64,000 bases of DNA from a virus (taxonomy: Duplodnaviria > Caudoviricetes). The stretch is taken from IMG/VR virus record IMGVR_UViG_3300008259_002461; one strand, written 5' to 3'. How positions within the stretch are numbered: the stretch's first letter is position 1; each line of letters opens with the position of its first letter. The translations under genes were made by a program, and so were the position numbers. Below the pieces are notes generated by a model. The model had not been told where the DNA came from. It saw nothing but the letters and a program-made list of their open reading frames with translations, and made no database searches. Shown in pieces: positions 20,702 to 31,244 of the stretch.

Positions 20702-22080
20702 GCAACGAGCAAAAAATACAAATACTCAAAGATAAACGAGATAAAATTAACTCAGTAAGTTGTAGTTTTTGCACAGCTAAATGGTTACAAACAACTTTAT
20801 ATCTGCAAAACGGTTACAATCACAGTTGCCATCATCCTGCTCCTCATAAGATTCCTCTCGAAGAAGTACTAGCAGATCCTGCGGCATTGCATAACAGTAA
20901 ATTTAAAAAAAGCCAACGTGAACTGATGCTCAAAGGCGAGCGACCTAGTGAGTGTGATTATTGTTGGAACATAGAAGATTTAAATAAAGATTATTTTAGC
21001 GATAGGCATTATAAAACATCGGATTACTGGGCATGGGATAAATTTGATCAAATTGCTAACAGCGACCCTAATGATAATGTTTATCCTAGTTATTTAGAAA
21101 TTAGTTTTTCCAATGCATGTAATTTTGCGTGTATTTACTGTAGTCCTGAAATTTCATCTAAATGGATGGAAGATATACAACAGAACGGGTCTTACCCAGT
21201 TAAGAATGGAGCTCATCATTTAGGCTGGTTAAAACAAGTGGGACGTTATCCGTATGCACATCACGATGAGAATCCGTATGTAGACGCTTTCTGGAAATGG
21301 TTTCCAGAAACGTTACCGCATTTAAAAGTGTTGCGTATTACAGGCGGTGAACCAACTATGAGTAAAGACTTATGGAAATTATTAGATTACTTAATTGAAA
21401 ACCCGCAGCCTGAATTAGAATTAGCTATTAACACTAACATGTGTGTGCCTGATGTATTAATTGAAAAATTAATTAATAAAATTAATAGCTTACGAGGTGT
21501 GATAAAGCGTTTAGATATTTACACTAGTCTTGAAAGCACTGGATCTCAGGCAGAATATGCAAGAGACGGATTAGACATCAGTGTATGGCAGCAGAATGTT
21601 TGTAAAGTATTAGATAATACGCAATCAACAGTGGCTATAATGACCACTGTTAACATATTAAGTTTACCTACCTTTGTAGATTTTATAGAACTAGTAATGC
21701 AGTTACGTAAAGATTACAATACAAACTTTGAACATAATCGAATTCCGCTCAGTATAAATTATCTAAGATGGCCACCACATTTGCAATGCACTCTTTTAGA
21801 TAAAGAAGAAAGACAGCAGTATGCAGATGATATCTATGTAGCTTGTGAAAAATGGCTGAAATATTATAGCTTAGAAAAGTATGCTCGAATCTATTTAGAA
21901 GAATGGGATCAAATACAAAGATTTTGTGATTACTTACGCACAGCAGAACCAGCAGTAGAACACAGACAGGACTTTGTAAGATACATACAAGAGTATAATT
22001 TTAGAAGAAACAAATCGTTTACTAAGATATTTCCTGAATTCAAAAACTTATTAAAGGAATGGGATGCCCAAGAAGCCTGA
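20698..22080 (+). CDS. Radical SAM enzyme with N-terminal twitch-like domain (#1)
   Basis: CNFACIYC, ITGGEP; N-terminal FCTAKW...SCHH...CDYC. Confidence 0.9.
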   Translation: MSNEQKIQILKDKRDKINSVSCSFCTAKWLQTTLYLQNGYNHSCHHPAPHKIPLEEVLADPAALHNSKFKKSQRELMLKGERPSECDYCWNIEDLNKDYFSDRHYKTSDYWAWDKFDQIANSDPNDNVYPSYLEISFSNACNFACIYCSPEISSKWMEDIQQNGSYPVKNGAHHLGWLKQVGRYPYAHHDENPYVDAFWKWFPETLPHLKVLRITGGEPTMSKDLWKLLDYLIENPQPELELAINTNMCVPDVLIEKLINKINSLRGVIKRLDIYTSLESTGSQAEYARDGLDISVWQQNVCKVLDNTQSTVAIMTTVNILSLPTFVDFIELVMQLRKDYNTNFEHNRIPLSINYLRWPPHLQCTLLDKEERQQYADDIYVACEKWLKYYSLEKYARIYLEEWDQIQRFCDYLRTAEPAVEHRQDFVRYIQEYNFRRNKSFTKIFPEFKNLLKEWDAQEA

Positions 22081-23512
22081 AGAAGATTTAAAGCAATATA
22101 GAGAACGTGTTCTAGACACTAAGAGCACCAGCTTCTGCGGAGCAAAATGGTATAATGCTACTACATGGCTAGGTAGTGGTACCACAGCAAGTTGCCATCA
22201 TCCTCCAGCACATAAAATTCCAATAGAGGAAATTAAACGTAATTACACTGCTATTCATAATACTGAACATAAAAAAGAAATGCGTCGAATGATGCAGTCT
22301 GGCGAACGCCCTCGCGAGTGTGAGTACTGTTGGAAAATGGAAGACATGGGCAAAGATGCTGTTAGTGATCGAACATTTAAAAGTATCATTTATACTGATG
22401 AAGAACTACAACAGGCGTTTGATGCAGACATAAACGAAAATACTAATTTAAAAACTTTTGAAATTGCATTTGATAGGGTATGTAATCTTGCCTGTTCATA
22501 TTGTAATGCTAGTTTCTCAACTACATGGGCAAAGGATATTAAAAACAACGGTCCTTATATTAATCTTGTAAGTGACGGCGCAGGCGCATTTCATCACGAT
22601 GGATCTTGGGCACAGCCTTACAAAGACGATGAAGATAATCCCTATGTACAAGCATTTTGGAAATGGTGGGATAACGGACTATCAGAAAGTCTACAAGAGT
22701 TACGAATCACAGGCGGCGAACCTCTAATGAGTGGTAACACATGGAAATTATTTGATTGGTTTGAAGCGCAAAACAGTGATATGAGATTTGCTATTAACAG
22801 TAACTTAATTGCAAAGTCTGATATTATAGATAAGTTAATTGCTAAATCAAAAAATATTAAACACTTTGATTTGTACACAAGTTGCGAAGCAGTAGGCGAT
22901 CAAGCAGAATACATACGTGATGGTCTAGATTATCAACTATGGAAAACAAATCTAAAAAGAATTCTTACAGAAGCAAACTATAAAGGTGTACACATAATGA
23001 TGACTATTAATAGTTTATCTTTGTTTAGTATTACTGAATTTCTTGACGAAATGTACCAGCTAAAAGAAATGACACAAAGTAGAACTCCTACTGTTAGTTT
23101 AAATCTGTTAAGATTTCCTAGTTTTCAAAGTCCGTTGGCACTACCTAATCATATTAAAGATCATTGCCATAAAAAGCTGTCAACATGGTATGCGCAAAAT
23201 AAAGACCTACCAGGTTGGCACGAATTTGAACGTGCAAGTATTGAAAGATTAATTGATTATCTTGTTACAGTAGATGCACCTCATCGCAGAACAAGTAATC
23301 CTATTACACTGTGGAGAGACTTTAAAACTTTTTATCAGCAGTACGATCAGCGCAGATCAAAATCCATATATGTATTTCCTAAAATTTTAACAGATTGGAT
23401 TGATACTATACCTGATACAGACATAGCAATAAAAGAGTTAGCAGACAAAGAAGGCTGGGTGTTAACACCTGACTCAAGGAACATTGATGATCCTATTGCG
23501 ACCTACAATTAA
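22064..23512 (+). CDS. Radical SAM enzyme with N-terminal twitch-like domain (#2)
   Basis: CNLACSYC, ITGGEP; N-terminal FCGAKW...SCHH...CEYC; close paralogue of #1. Confidence 0.9.
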   Translation: MPKKPEEDLKQYRERVLDTKSTSFCGAKWYNATTWLGSGTTASCHHPPAHKIPIEEIKRNYTAIHNTEHKKEMRRMMQSGERPRECEYCWKMEDMGKDAVSDRTFKSIIYTDEELQQAFDADINENTNLKTFEIAFDRVCNLACSYCNASFSTTWAKDIKNNGPYINLVSDGAGAFHHDGSWAQPYKDDEDNPYVQAFWKWWDNGLSESLQELRITGGEPLMSGNTWKLFDWFEAQNSDMRFAINSNLIAKSDIIDKLIAKSKNIKHFDLYTSCEAVGDQAEYIRDGLDYQLWKTNLKRILTEANYKGVHIMMTINSLSLFSITEFLDEMYQLKEMTQSRTPTVSLNLLRFPSFQSPLALPNHIKDHCHKKLSTWYAQNKDLPGWHEFERASIERLIDYLVTVDAPHRRTSNPITLWRDFKTFYQQYDQRRSKSIYVFPKILTDWIDTIPDTDIAIKELADKEGWVLTPDSRNIDDPIATYN

Positions 23513-24779
23513 TTTATATTACGATAATATTGTTAACGGAATACCTGTTCCTAACGGCATAACACGATATAAAATTAATAAACAGTACGATATTCCAGTG
23601 ATGTCTAGTTTAGAATACAGTGATCAAGTCCTTAAAACTACGTATTTTTATAATGTAATGAAGGCAAACGAAGTCACAGTTAATTTGTTTACTAAAAGAG
23701 ATATGGCGTCAAATTTATTTTATCCATTGGAGCTTTCAAAAACAGCAATACGGAATCGTCTTATTGATATTATTCCGGAAAAGACATTAACTCGTATTAA
23801 AAAACGAAAAATGAAATTATTATTACTTTATCAACAATGGATAGGTGATTATAACTTTATGCAAAATCTTAAAGAAAGAATTGATGTATTAATTCGAAAC
23901 GGAGTTCCTACTGATCAAATTTATTTAATAACCGGTGATATTAATTGTTCCTATCAGGAATTATTTGACAAGGTTAAAGTATTTGGTATTGATTGGTGGC
24001 AAATTGCTTATCAACTAACTTGTAAATCTAAGTATCAAAATATTGATTATCATTGGGTCACATTTTTACTAGATGATGAAGTGCGTGAAAGTTTTGATAT
24101 CAATAATTGGAATAATCCCAGTTTACTATTTACAGCATTAACTGGTGAATCGTCAATGCATTCACTGGCTACTATTACTGAACTAGAATCTAGAGAATTA
24201 TTAGATAAAGGTTGCTATGAATTTAATGTTAAGAAAAACAAAAATCTAAATTTAGATAGTAAAATATTTACTAATGAGTCATTGTTAAATAACAAACAGT
24301 CAAAAAAAGATATAATTAATAATTTATTATCATCTGAGACAACTATCGCAAATATATCGGAGTCATTAGAAGACAGTCTATTTGCAATTGTAGCAGAGCC
24401 GTTCACACCTATGATGGATAAAACGTATCTGTCAGAAACAAATGCACTATGGGTATCGCCAAATATATGGAACGCTATTGCTCAAGGTTATCCTTTTATG
24501 GTAGTAGGAAGTTTATCTACTATGCGTTATCTTAATAACGAAGGATATTTTAGTTATGTAGATCTGTTTAATGAAACATATGATAGTGTTAGTGATTTAA
24601 AAATTAAATTAAATTTAATAATGACTGAAGTTGACAGATTATCTAAATTGTCTAAAGAAGAAATTAATGATCGTATAATTTTAACAAAACCATTTATCGA
24701 GGCCAATAAGAAAAAGTTTTATGATAAAAAACACACTTGGAAATTTTACGACCTTTTCAAAGAAATGCAATATGAATAA
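23484..24779 (+). CDS. Putative glycosyltransferase-like protein (GT10/GT-B-like C-terminus)
   Basis: SLFAIVAEP...YPFMVVG...YLNNEGYFSY.DLFNETYD, related to 54234 and 56406 but lacking the ITEK motif. Confidence 0.4.
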   Translation: MMILLRPTINLYYDNIVNGIPVPNGITRYKINKQYDIPVMSSLEYSDQVLKTTYFYNVMKANEVTVNLFTKRDMASNLFYPLELSKTAIRNRLIDIIPEKTLTRIKKRKMKLLLLYQQWIGDYNFMQNLKERIDVLIRNGVPTDQIYLITGDINCSYQELFDKVKVFGIDWWQIAYQLTCKSKYQNIDYHWVTFLLDDEVRESFDINNWNNPSLLFTALTGESSMHSLATITELESRELLDKGCYEFNVKKNKNLNLDSKIFTNESLLNNKQSKKDIINNLLSSETTIANISESLEDSLFAIVAEPFTPMMDKTYLSETNALWVSPNIWNAIAQGYPFMVVGSLSTMRYLNNEGYFSYVDLFNETYDSVSDLKIKLNLIMTEVDRLSKLSKEEINDRIILTKPFIEANKKKFYDKKHTWKFYDLFKEMQYE

Positions 24780-26031
24780 AGATTTTAATAATTTTTGTGT
24801 AGCACCCTGGATGCACTTGCACGTCATCAACGACGGTAGAGCTTTTGCATGTTGTCAAACCCCATTAAAAAACGAAAATAGTTTTGGAAATGTAAAAACT
24901 CAAAAACTTATAGAAATTGTTAATAGTGATCAAGCTAAAGTAATGAGGAAAAATATGCTTGAAGGCAAGCCTCTGCCTACTGCTTGTGAAAGATGTACTT
25001 CTAAAGAAGCTGTTGGACTTAATAGTATGCGAACAGGCTTTAATGATAGATGGTATGCAGAAATGCAACCGTTAATTGAACAAACAGATATAGACGGTGC
25101 CATTCCTTCATTGCAATTAAAATACTGGGATTTTAGATTTAGTAACTATTGTAATCTAGCTTGCACAACATGTTCACCACTGTTTAGTACACAGTGGGCA
25201 TCTGATTGGATTAAACTACATCCTGGATACGACAAATATTCTGAAACAAGATTAATTGATTTAGAAAAAGCAGATTTATTTTGGGACGACATTGCACAAA
25301 ATTTAGATACAATGAAGCAGATACATTTTGCAGGTGGCGAACCACTAATGATGCCTGAACATTGGAAAATTTTAAAACTACTTGATGAACGTAAAAAATA
25401 TGACATTGAATTAAGATACAGTACCAATGGGACCACGTTAGGTAGAGATAAAGACAATGTATTAGATTATTGGAAAAAATTTAAACATGTACATTTAAGT
25501 TTGAGCATCGATGGCGAAGGTGATGCATTTGAATATATCAGATATAAAGGTAACTGGAAATCTACATTTGAAAATTTAAAACGTATACGAGAAAGCGGAG
25601 TAGTTGATTATTGGTTTCATCCTACAGTGAGTATATTAAATATATTTAGATTAACAGAATTGCATGAAGTTTTACATAAAGCAGATCTTATGCCTTTAAA
25701 ATCAATACACAAGCACATGGGCTTCAACATTGAAAATTATTGGGTTGATAGATTTCACCTGAATCCTTTGTTTACTCCTGATTATTATAGTATAACAGTT
25801 CTTCCTGCCCATTTAAAAGATCAAGCCGCTGAAAAAATAACAAAGTATGGCAAGAAGCTTGAGGCTGACACAGCAATACCTTTTAGCGGTTGGCAAAATA
25901 TTATTGATTTTATGTATAGTGAAGATCGCAGCATACTATTTGAAAAGTTTAAATGGAAATCGCAACAGATTGATACTATTCGAAACAATGATGTTTTTGC
26001 ATTTAATCCGGAGCTTATCAATGTTAAATAA
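24772..26031 (+). CDS. Radical SAM enzyme with N-terminal twitch domain (#3)
   Basis: Start refined to ATG 24772; FCVAPW...ACC...CERC, CNLACTTC, FAGGEP. Confidence 0.9.
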   Translation: MNKDFNNFCVAPWMHLHVINDGRAFACCQTPLKNENSFGNVKTQKLIEIVNSDQAKVMRKNMLEGKPLPTACERCTSKEAVGLNSMRTGFNDRWYAEMQPLIEQTDIDGAIPSLQLKYWDFRFSNYCNLACTTCSPLFSTQWASDWIKLHPGYDKYSETRLIDLEKADLFWDDIAQNLDTMKQIHFAGGEPLMMPEHWKILKLLDERKKYDIELRYSTNGTTLGRDKDNVLDYWKKFKHVHLSLSIDGEGDAFEYIRYKGNWKSTFENLKRIRESGVVDYWFHPTVSILNIFRLTELHEVLHKADLMPLKSIHKHMGFNIENYWVDRFHLNPLFTPDYYSITVLPAHLKDQAAEKITKYGKKLEADTAIPFSGWQNIIDFMYSEDRSILFEKFKWKSQQIDTIRNNDVFAFNPELINVK

Positions 26032-26872
26032 AATAAAAAAATATATAAGAGGTTTAACTCTTGAAGAGTATATAAAATATGTAAAAACATCATCAAGTCA
26101 TGTTAATAGTATTGACGACCTTGCACAATTTGGTATTAAAAAATCAGTATGGTCTAAAGATGACTATGAGCGCGGCTATACAACTGTACTAGGTATGAAT
26201 TCAGCAGAGGAAAAAATAGTAAAACCTGGAGATTGGGAGTACGTTATCAATAGATACAATTTTAGAGAAATATGGGACTTTAATTCTCCTAGACCTAAAA
26301 TTGGATTTTTTGGTTGTAGTTTTACATTTGGTGAAGGTATAGAATATAAAGATACATTTGTTAGTATGGTTTCAAAGCAGTTTGACCTTAATTGTTTTAA
26401 TTTAGCTATAGGTGGATCTTCTTTACAAAGGGTGGCAAAAACGTTTAGTGCTGCCTCTAAAGTAATAGATCTTGATTATGCTGTGTTTACCTTGCCGCAA
26501 TGGCATAGACAAATGTATCTTGACGATCAAGGTAAAATTGTTAATCTTATACCCCAATGGCCGCATCAACAGTATGAAGAATTAAGTAATCAGCTTACTG
26601 CTTTAGACGAGGAATATTATATAGTACAAGCAGTATCTTATGTAAACTGGATACATGATTTAGCAGAACATAAAAATATAAAAATAATTTTATGTTCTTG
26701 GGATTATCCACTAAACGATTTATGTGAGGTTATGTACCCTAATGAAACAATAAAACCTTTTCCTAATATTGATGATAAATGCGCTAGAGATAAAATGCAT
26801 CCTGGTATACGTTCTCAACATGCACATGCAGAGCAAATTAAAAGAGCAATATATGATAGAGCTTGGTTTTAG
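26021..26872 (+). CDS. SGNH/GDSL-like hydrolase or acyltransferase
   Basis: Start refined to ATG 26021; GFFGCSFTFG (block I), NLAIGGSS, DKMHPG (DxxH). Confidence 0.65.
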   Translation: MLNKIKKYIRGLTLEEYIKYVKTSSSHVNSIDDLAQFGIKKSVWSKDDYERGYTTVLGMNSAEEKIVKPGDWEYVINRYNFREIWDFNSPRPKIGFFGCSFTFGEGIEYKDTFVSMVSKQFDLNCFNLAIGGSSLQRVAKTFSAASKVIDLDYAVFTLPQWHRQMYLDDQGKIVNLIPQWPHQQYEELSNQLTALDEEYYIVQAVSYVNWIHDLAEHKNIKIILCSWDYPLNDLCEVMYPNETIKPFPNIDDKCARDKMHPGIRSQHAHAEQIKRAIYDRAWF

Positions 26873-27815
26873 AAATAAAGATAATCAAATAAAATATCTT
26901 CAGATTAAACCTGATGATACAGCATTGGCATCTGCATGGACTAAACAATTAGATCATTTATTACTAACACATAATAACAAAATATTTCAAAAGAATTTTA
27001 GTTTGTTAGGGTTTCATAACGATTGCAGAACGCGAGAACATATTTGTAATGATTTAGATAGGAGTATCCAAACAATAAATTATTATAAAGCATATAGAAT
27101 TAATGAAGATTTTAGTTCTTTAAGATACGAACACAATCAAGATCTTCTTAATGTTCTACATCATCATTTTGAAATAACACAAGGACAATTATGGAAACCA
27201 GGTACTGTTTTAGCTAAAGCTAATGGGGAAACAAGAAATGCAATATCTATGCTTAACCATTGTTGCCATGAATTAGAGGCATGGTATGAAACAGAAAAAA
27301 ATAGCCCTGAATGGACCAACGGATATTTTTATTATAATGTACTTGGAGTAACAGATCGTATTGAAATTCCTCTAGAAGAAAAACGAAATTTTACTAGAGA
27401 CATTACTGATGGTTTAGTTTATCTTCATTATGCGCAAACAGGCAAGACATGGTACGAAGCATATCTTGACAATGATAATATAGTAGAAGCAAATGGCATT
27501 TCAGAACACAGAATAATCAGCGGCGAGTTTAATTGTTACTTTGGAACAGGCTATGAATTGCCTATGGATGACAATTTTACAAAATGGTTAGAAGCAAGAG
27601 GAGTAGATCCTACAGACGAACAGCTTGCACTTGGTTATGCACCTGTGGGAAAAATTATTGATATGCCATATACTGAGGCAGTAGATTTTTTTAAAGAATA
27701 TACAGATTTTTACTCAATTGAATTTAATAAAAAACGCATAGAATACGACTACAGACATACTGATATTGGTTATTTTCCTATGTTAGAACGTATGTGGAGT
27801 AAATGGAATGGCTAA
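26853..27815 (+). CDS. Hypothetical protein
   Basis: Start refined to ATG 26853 (MIELGF); His-containing motifs LHHHFE, NHCCHELE, YLHYAQTGK; no family recognised. Confidence 0.65.
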   Translation: MIELGFRNKDNQIKYLQIKPDDTALASAWTKQLDHLLLTHNNKIFQKNFSLLGFHNDCRTREHICNDLDRSIQTINYYKAYRINEDFSSLRYEHNQDLLNVLHHHFEITQGQLWKPGTVLAKANGETRNAISMLNHCCHELEAWYETEKNSPEWTNGYFYYNVLGVTDRIEIPLEEKRNFTRDITDGLVYLHYAQTGKTWYEAYLDNDNIVEANGISEHRIISGEFNCYFGTGYELPMDDNFTKWLEARGVDPTDEQLALGYAPVGKIIDMPYTEAVDFFKEYTDFYSIEFNKKRIEYDYRHTDIGYFPMLERMWSKWNG

Positions 27816-28617
27816 TTTTATTAATGGTATATGGGAAAATGCTGGAAATGAATTTTGGAATATTAAGAAACCTGACGAAATATTAGGTATAGCTCGTGTG
27901 TCTAAACACATGTTAAGTTATTGGCCCAGAATTAAAAACTACGAAAACTACTTAATAAATTATTTTCAATACGGTATTAATAAAGAAGTAGAACCTACTA
28001 TATGGTTATCTCACACAGATCCTGTGTATAACAGATATCAAGAAGAAATTGAAGGATATGTAAAAGCAGTTTGGCTTACACATGGATTTTTTACTGAAGG
28101 CGGTCTAAGAAAGCCAGTTGGGGTTCATTGGAGTCCTGTGTCTCTTGACTGGAGAATACATCCGGGTGGAACAAGACAAGCAATTATAAAATATTTTGCA
28201 CCCGATGAAATAGATTGTCTTTGTTTTAATACAGGCGGTCAACCTATGCAATTTATAAAAGAATTTAACACAGTAGAAGAAATTGCTGAATATACTAATA
28301 GCTCTAAAGTTTTTTTAGTAGTTACAGATGAACGCGGTCATTATATACCGCATGTTCATTTAGATGGATTTACTATTAAACCTGCAATGGTCGAGACACA
28401 TGCACAGATGAAAAAGTTTTTTAGAAAAACTAAGATTGAAGCTAATTTTGATTTAGCTGAGTTAGGATATGATGAAACAAAAATATTAAAAACTGAAAAA
28501 AAACGCATAAAAATAACTATTGAAGATCAGTCTATGGATACAAAGGTAAAAGCAATGCTACTATTACCGTCGTTTAATAATTTTGAAGGACATGGAGTTA
28601 AAATTGAGCGTACCTAA
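27808..28617 (+). CDS. Hypothetical protein, possible ParB/Srx-like N-terminal motif
   Basis: KPVGVHW...WRIHPGGTRQAII resembles the ParB/Srx GxxR motif; weak. Confidence 0.55.
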   Translation: MANFINGIWENAGNEFWNIKKPDEILGIARVSKHMLSYWPRIKNYENYLINYFQYGINKEVEPTIWLSHTDPVYNRYQEEIEGYVKAVWLTHGFFTEGGLRKPVGVHWSPVSLDWRIHPGGTRQAIIKYFAPDEIDCLCFNTGGQPMQFIKEFNTVEEIAEYTNSSKVFLVVTDERGHYIPHVHLDGFTIKPAMVETHAQMKKFFRKTKIEANFDLAELGYDETKILKTEKKRIKITIEDQSMDTKVKAMLLLPSFNNFEGHGVKIERT

Positions 28618-29587
28618 TCTAGAACGTGCAGTAGTTGAAGTTTTTGGGGGATGTAATTATACCTGTCAAATGTGTCCACAGACTGAAGGTAGAGGCAAGG
28701 CCTGGACACGTAAAATGCCACTTAATATGTTTGAAAATATATTAGATCAGTTACCAGGTAATCCAGTTATTAATCTTGAAGGTAGTGGCGAACCTACTCT
28801 TGCTAAAGATTTGCCTTTGTACATAGAAGCATGCACTAAACGAAATTTTCCTAGTTTTATGTATACTAATGGAAGTTTTTTCAGCGGTCATTTCATGCAA
28901 GATTGTGTAGACGCTGGACTAAGTTTTGCAAGATTTAGCTGTATTGGATACAATAAAGAAAAATATCGTGAGTGGATGAATGTTGATAATTTTGATTTAC
29001 TAAAGACCAATGTAATAAAGGCCAAAGAGTATATTAAAAAATCTAACAGCAAATGTATACTGTCTAGTTATCATTTGATATTAGATAATACGCAAATAGA
29101 TTACGAAGTTGAACAGTACCGTAATAATTTTATTGGCCCAACTGGAACGTTAGGATACATATGGAAAATGCACAACTGGAGTGGCAATTATACTCCTGTA
29201 TATTTTAGAGATCCTAAAAAACGTAGAACTTGTGGTAGACCATTTGCTCCTGAAATTACAATCCGAGCCGGTGGCAATAATGGTCTTACAGGCGCAGTTA
29301 CTTCGTGTTGTCAAACAATGGGTCCACCAAACGAAAGTTTAAGTGTGCTAGGACATGTAGAAACACAATCAATAGAAGAAATATGGAACGGAGAAGCATA
29401 CAATAAATTACGTGATGCACATGCTAACAAAAATTTTGATAGTATTGATTACTGTAAGAATTGTGATTTTTTATACGACGACCCCGAGGTGTTAGTTTGG
29501 AGTAACGACAAAGCAGCATCACTAGATCATATGCTTGGAACTAATTTTAGTCTTAAAGACTTTATGGTTGACAATACTTTAAAATAA
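28592..29587 (+). CDS. Radical SAM/SPASM enzyme (#4)
   Basis: Start refined to ATG 28592 (GAAGGA SD); CNYTCQMC, EGSGEP; C-terminal CGRPF...SCC...GHV..QSIEEIWN...CKNC. Confidence 0.9.
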   Translation: MELKLSVPNLERAVVEVFGGCNYTCQMCPQTEGRGKAWTRKMPLNMFENILDQLPGNPVINLEGSGEPTLAKDLPLYIEACTKRNFPSFMYTNGSFFSGHFMQDCVDAGLSFARFSCIGYNKEKYREWMNVDNFDLLKTNVIKAKEYIKKSNSKCILSSYHLILDNTQIDYEVEQYRNNFIGPTGTLGYIWKMHNWSGNYTPVYFRDPKKRRTCGRPFAPEITIRAGGNNGLTGAVTSCCQTMGPPNESLSVLGHVETQSIEEIWNGEAYNKLRDAHANKNFDSIDYCKNCDFLYDDPEVLVWSNDKAASLDHMLGTNFSLKDFMVDNTLK

Positions 29588-29596
29588 TAGTATAAT
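29568..29596 (+). promoter_or_regulatory. Sigma70-type promoter, perfect consensus
   Basis: TTGACA 29568-29573, 17 bp spacer, TATAAT 29591-29596; ATG 29603 lies 7 nt after the -10 box. Confidence 0.85.
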
Positions 29597-29602
29597 AATA
29601 AT

Positions 29603-30286
29603 ATGTATGATATCATTTTTATTTCTTATCAAGAACCTTATGCAGACATTAATTGGGAAAGATTAAAGTCTAAATTTCCTACAGCTAAAAGAGTTCACGG
29701 AGTAAAAGGAATTCATCAAGCACACATCCAAGCGGCAAAATTGTGTTTTACAAAGATGTTTTGGGTCGTAGATGCTGATGCAGAAATAGTTGAAGATTTT
29801 AAATTTGATTATGTTGTTCCTGAATGGGATTTAGAAACAGTACATGTATGGCGCAGTATAAATCCTGTTAACGATTTAGTTTATGGTTACGGAGGTGTTA
29901 AACTACTTCCTCGTAAATTAACAATAAACATGGATACATCAAAAACTGATATGACAACAAGTATTAGTACGTTGTTTAAAGCAATGCCTGAAATATCTAA
30001 TATTACAGCATTTAATACTGATCCGTTTAATACGTGGAAAAGTGCATTTAGAGAATGTGTAAAATTATCAAGCAAAACAATCGATAGGCAAGACGATATA
30101 GAAACTCAGTTAAGACTAGAAGCGTGGTGTACATTAAATGAGTCAGCGCCATACGGCAAATATGCACATCTGGGAGCTATTGCTGGAAAATATTTTGGTT
30201 TGTTTTGGCAAAATGCACCTAGTGAATTAGCGAAGATAAATGACTTCGAATGGTTAAATGAACAATTTTCAAAAAATACCTTTTGA
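29603..30286 (+). CDS. Glycosyltransferase-like protein, GT-A (paralogue of 19808)
   Basis: YDIIFISYQEP, FWVVDADA (DxD), YGYGGVK, TWKSAFRECVK. Confidence 0.55.
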   Translation: MYDIIFISYQEPYADINWERLKSKFPTAKRVHGVKGIHQAHIQAAKLCFTKMFWVVDADAEIVEDFKFDYVVPEWDLETVHVWRSINPVNDLVYGYGGVKLLPRKLTINMDTSKTDMTTSISTLFKAMPEISNITAFNTDPFNTWKSAFRECVKLSSKTIDRQDDIETQLRLEAWCTLNESAPYGKYAHLGAIAGKYFGLFWQNAPSELAKINDFEWLNEQFSKNTF

Positions 30287-31244
30287 ACAAATAGTACGCT
30301 TTGGTCAAAAAACTTTATTAGATACTCGTCTTTTTACAGTATCGTGGATCCTTGCAAGATTCTGTAATTATAATTGTTCCTATTGCTGGCCCTATGCTAG
30401 GTCTGACAAACCAGATCATCAAGAATTAGAATTATACCTACGTACTATTGACAGTATAAAAGCTCAAGCTCGCGCAAATAATTTTCCAGATTTTCATTTT
30501 AGTTTTAGTGGCGGCGAACCTACTGCTTACAAACAATTTGATAAAATTATAGAACATTACTGTGCGGATAGTAATGCTTTGTATCAAAGCATCCACATGA
30601 CCACTAATTTATCCCCTGGCAGTAAATGGTGGAACAATTGGTTAACTACTACAGACTCTTTACAGCGAAGAAGTATTACAGCAAGTTATCATGCTGAGTT
30701 TGCAAAAGAGCAAGAGTTTGGCGACAAATGTTTATATCTTATAAACAATGGAGTATTTGTAACCATTAATCAAGTTATGGTTCCTAATCAGTTTGATGAC
30801 TTATATGCTAGATGTGAAAGATTTGCTGAACGAGGTATTAATGTTACTTTAAAACCTCAAAGTGACCCCACCGCAAGTTTTGTAATAAATGAATACACAA
30901 CGGATCAAATTGATAAAATGCAAATAGGGTTTCCGCAAGTGTGGCAAAGCGAAAATGTATCTCAAATTGAATTAGAGGATGCAACAGGTAATAAGTATTA
31001 TATAGATCAAGCTGAGCGATTCAATGCATTTGGATTTAATAAATTTAAAGGTTGGTTATGTAATGCAGGATATCAAGGAATAGTAATTCGAGAAAACGAA
31101 GTAAAGCGTAGCTATAGTTGTTACGAACAACCTTTAGGAACATTAGAGCATGGGTTTGATATTTTTAAATCAGCAAAACACTGTGTAACACCTAGTTGCG
31201 TTAGTAGCGCAGATAGCAAAATACCAAAGATGAAAAATGTATAA
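30258..31244 (+). CDS. Radical SAM enzyme with C-terminal Cys-rich domain (#5)
   Basis: SW...CNYNCSYC, FSGGEP, C-terminal CNAG...C...CVTPSC. Confidence 0.9.
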   Translation: MNNFQKIPFEQIVRFGQKTLLDTRLFTVSWILARFCNYNCSYCWPYARSDKPDHQELELYLRTIDSIKAQARANNFPDFHFSFSGGEPTAYKQFDKIIEHYCADSNALYQSIHMTTNLSPGSKWWNNWLTTTDSLQRRSITASYHAEFAKEQEFGDKCLYLINNGVFVTINQVMVPNQFDDLYARCERFAERGINVTLKPQSDPTASFVINEYTTDQIDKMQIGFPQVWQSENVSQIELEDATGNKYYIDQAERFNAFGFNKFKGWLCNAGYQGIVIRENEVKRSYSCYEQPLGTLEHGFDIFKSAKHCVTPSCVSSADSKIPKMKNV

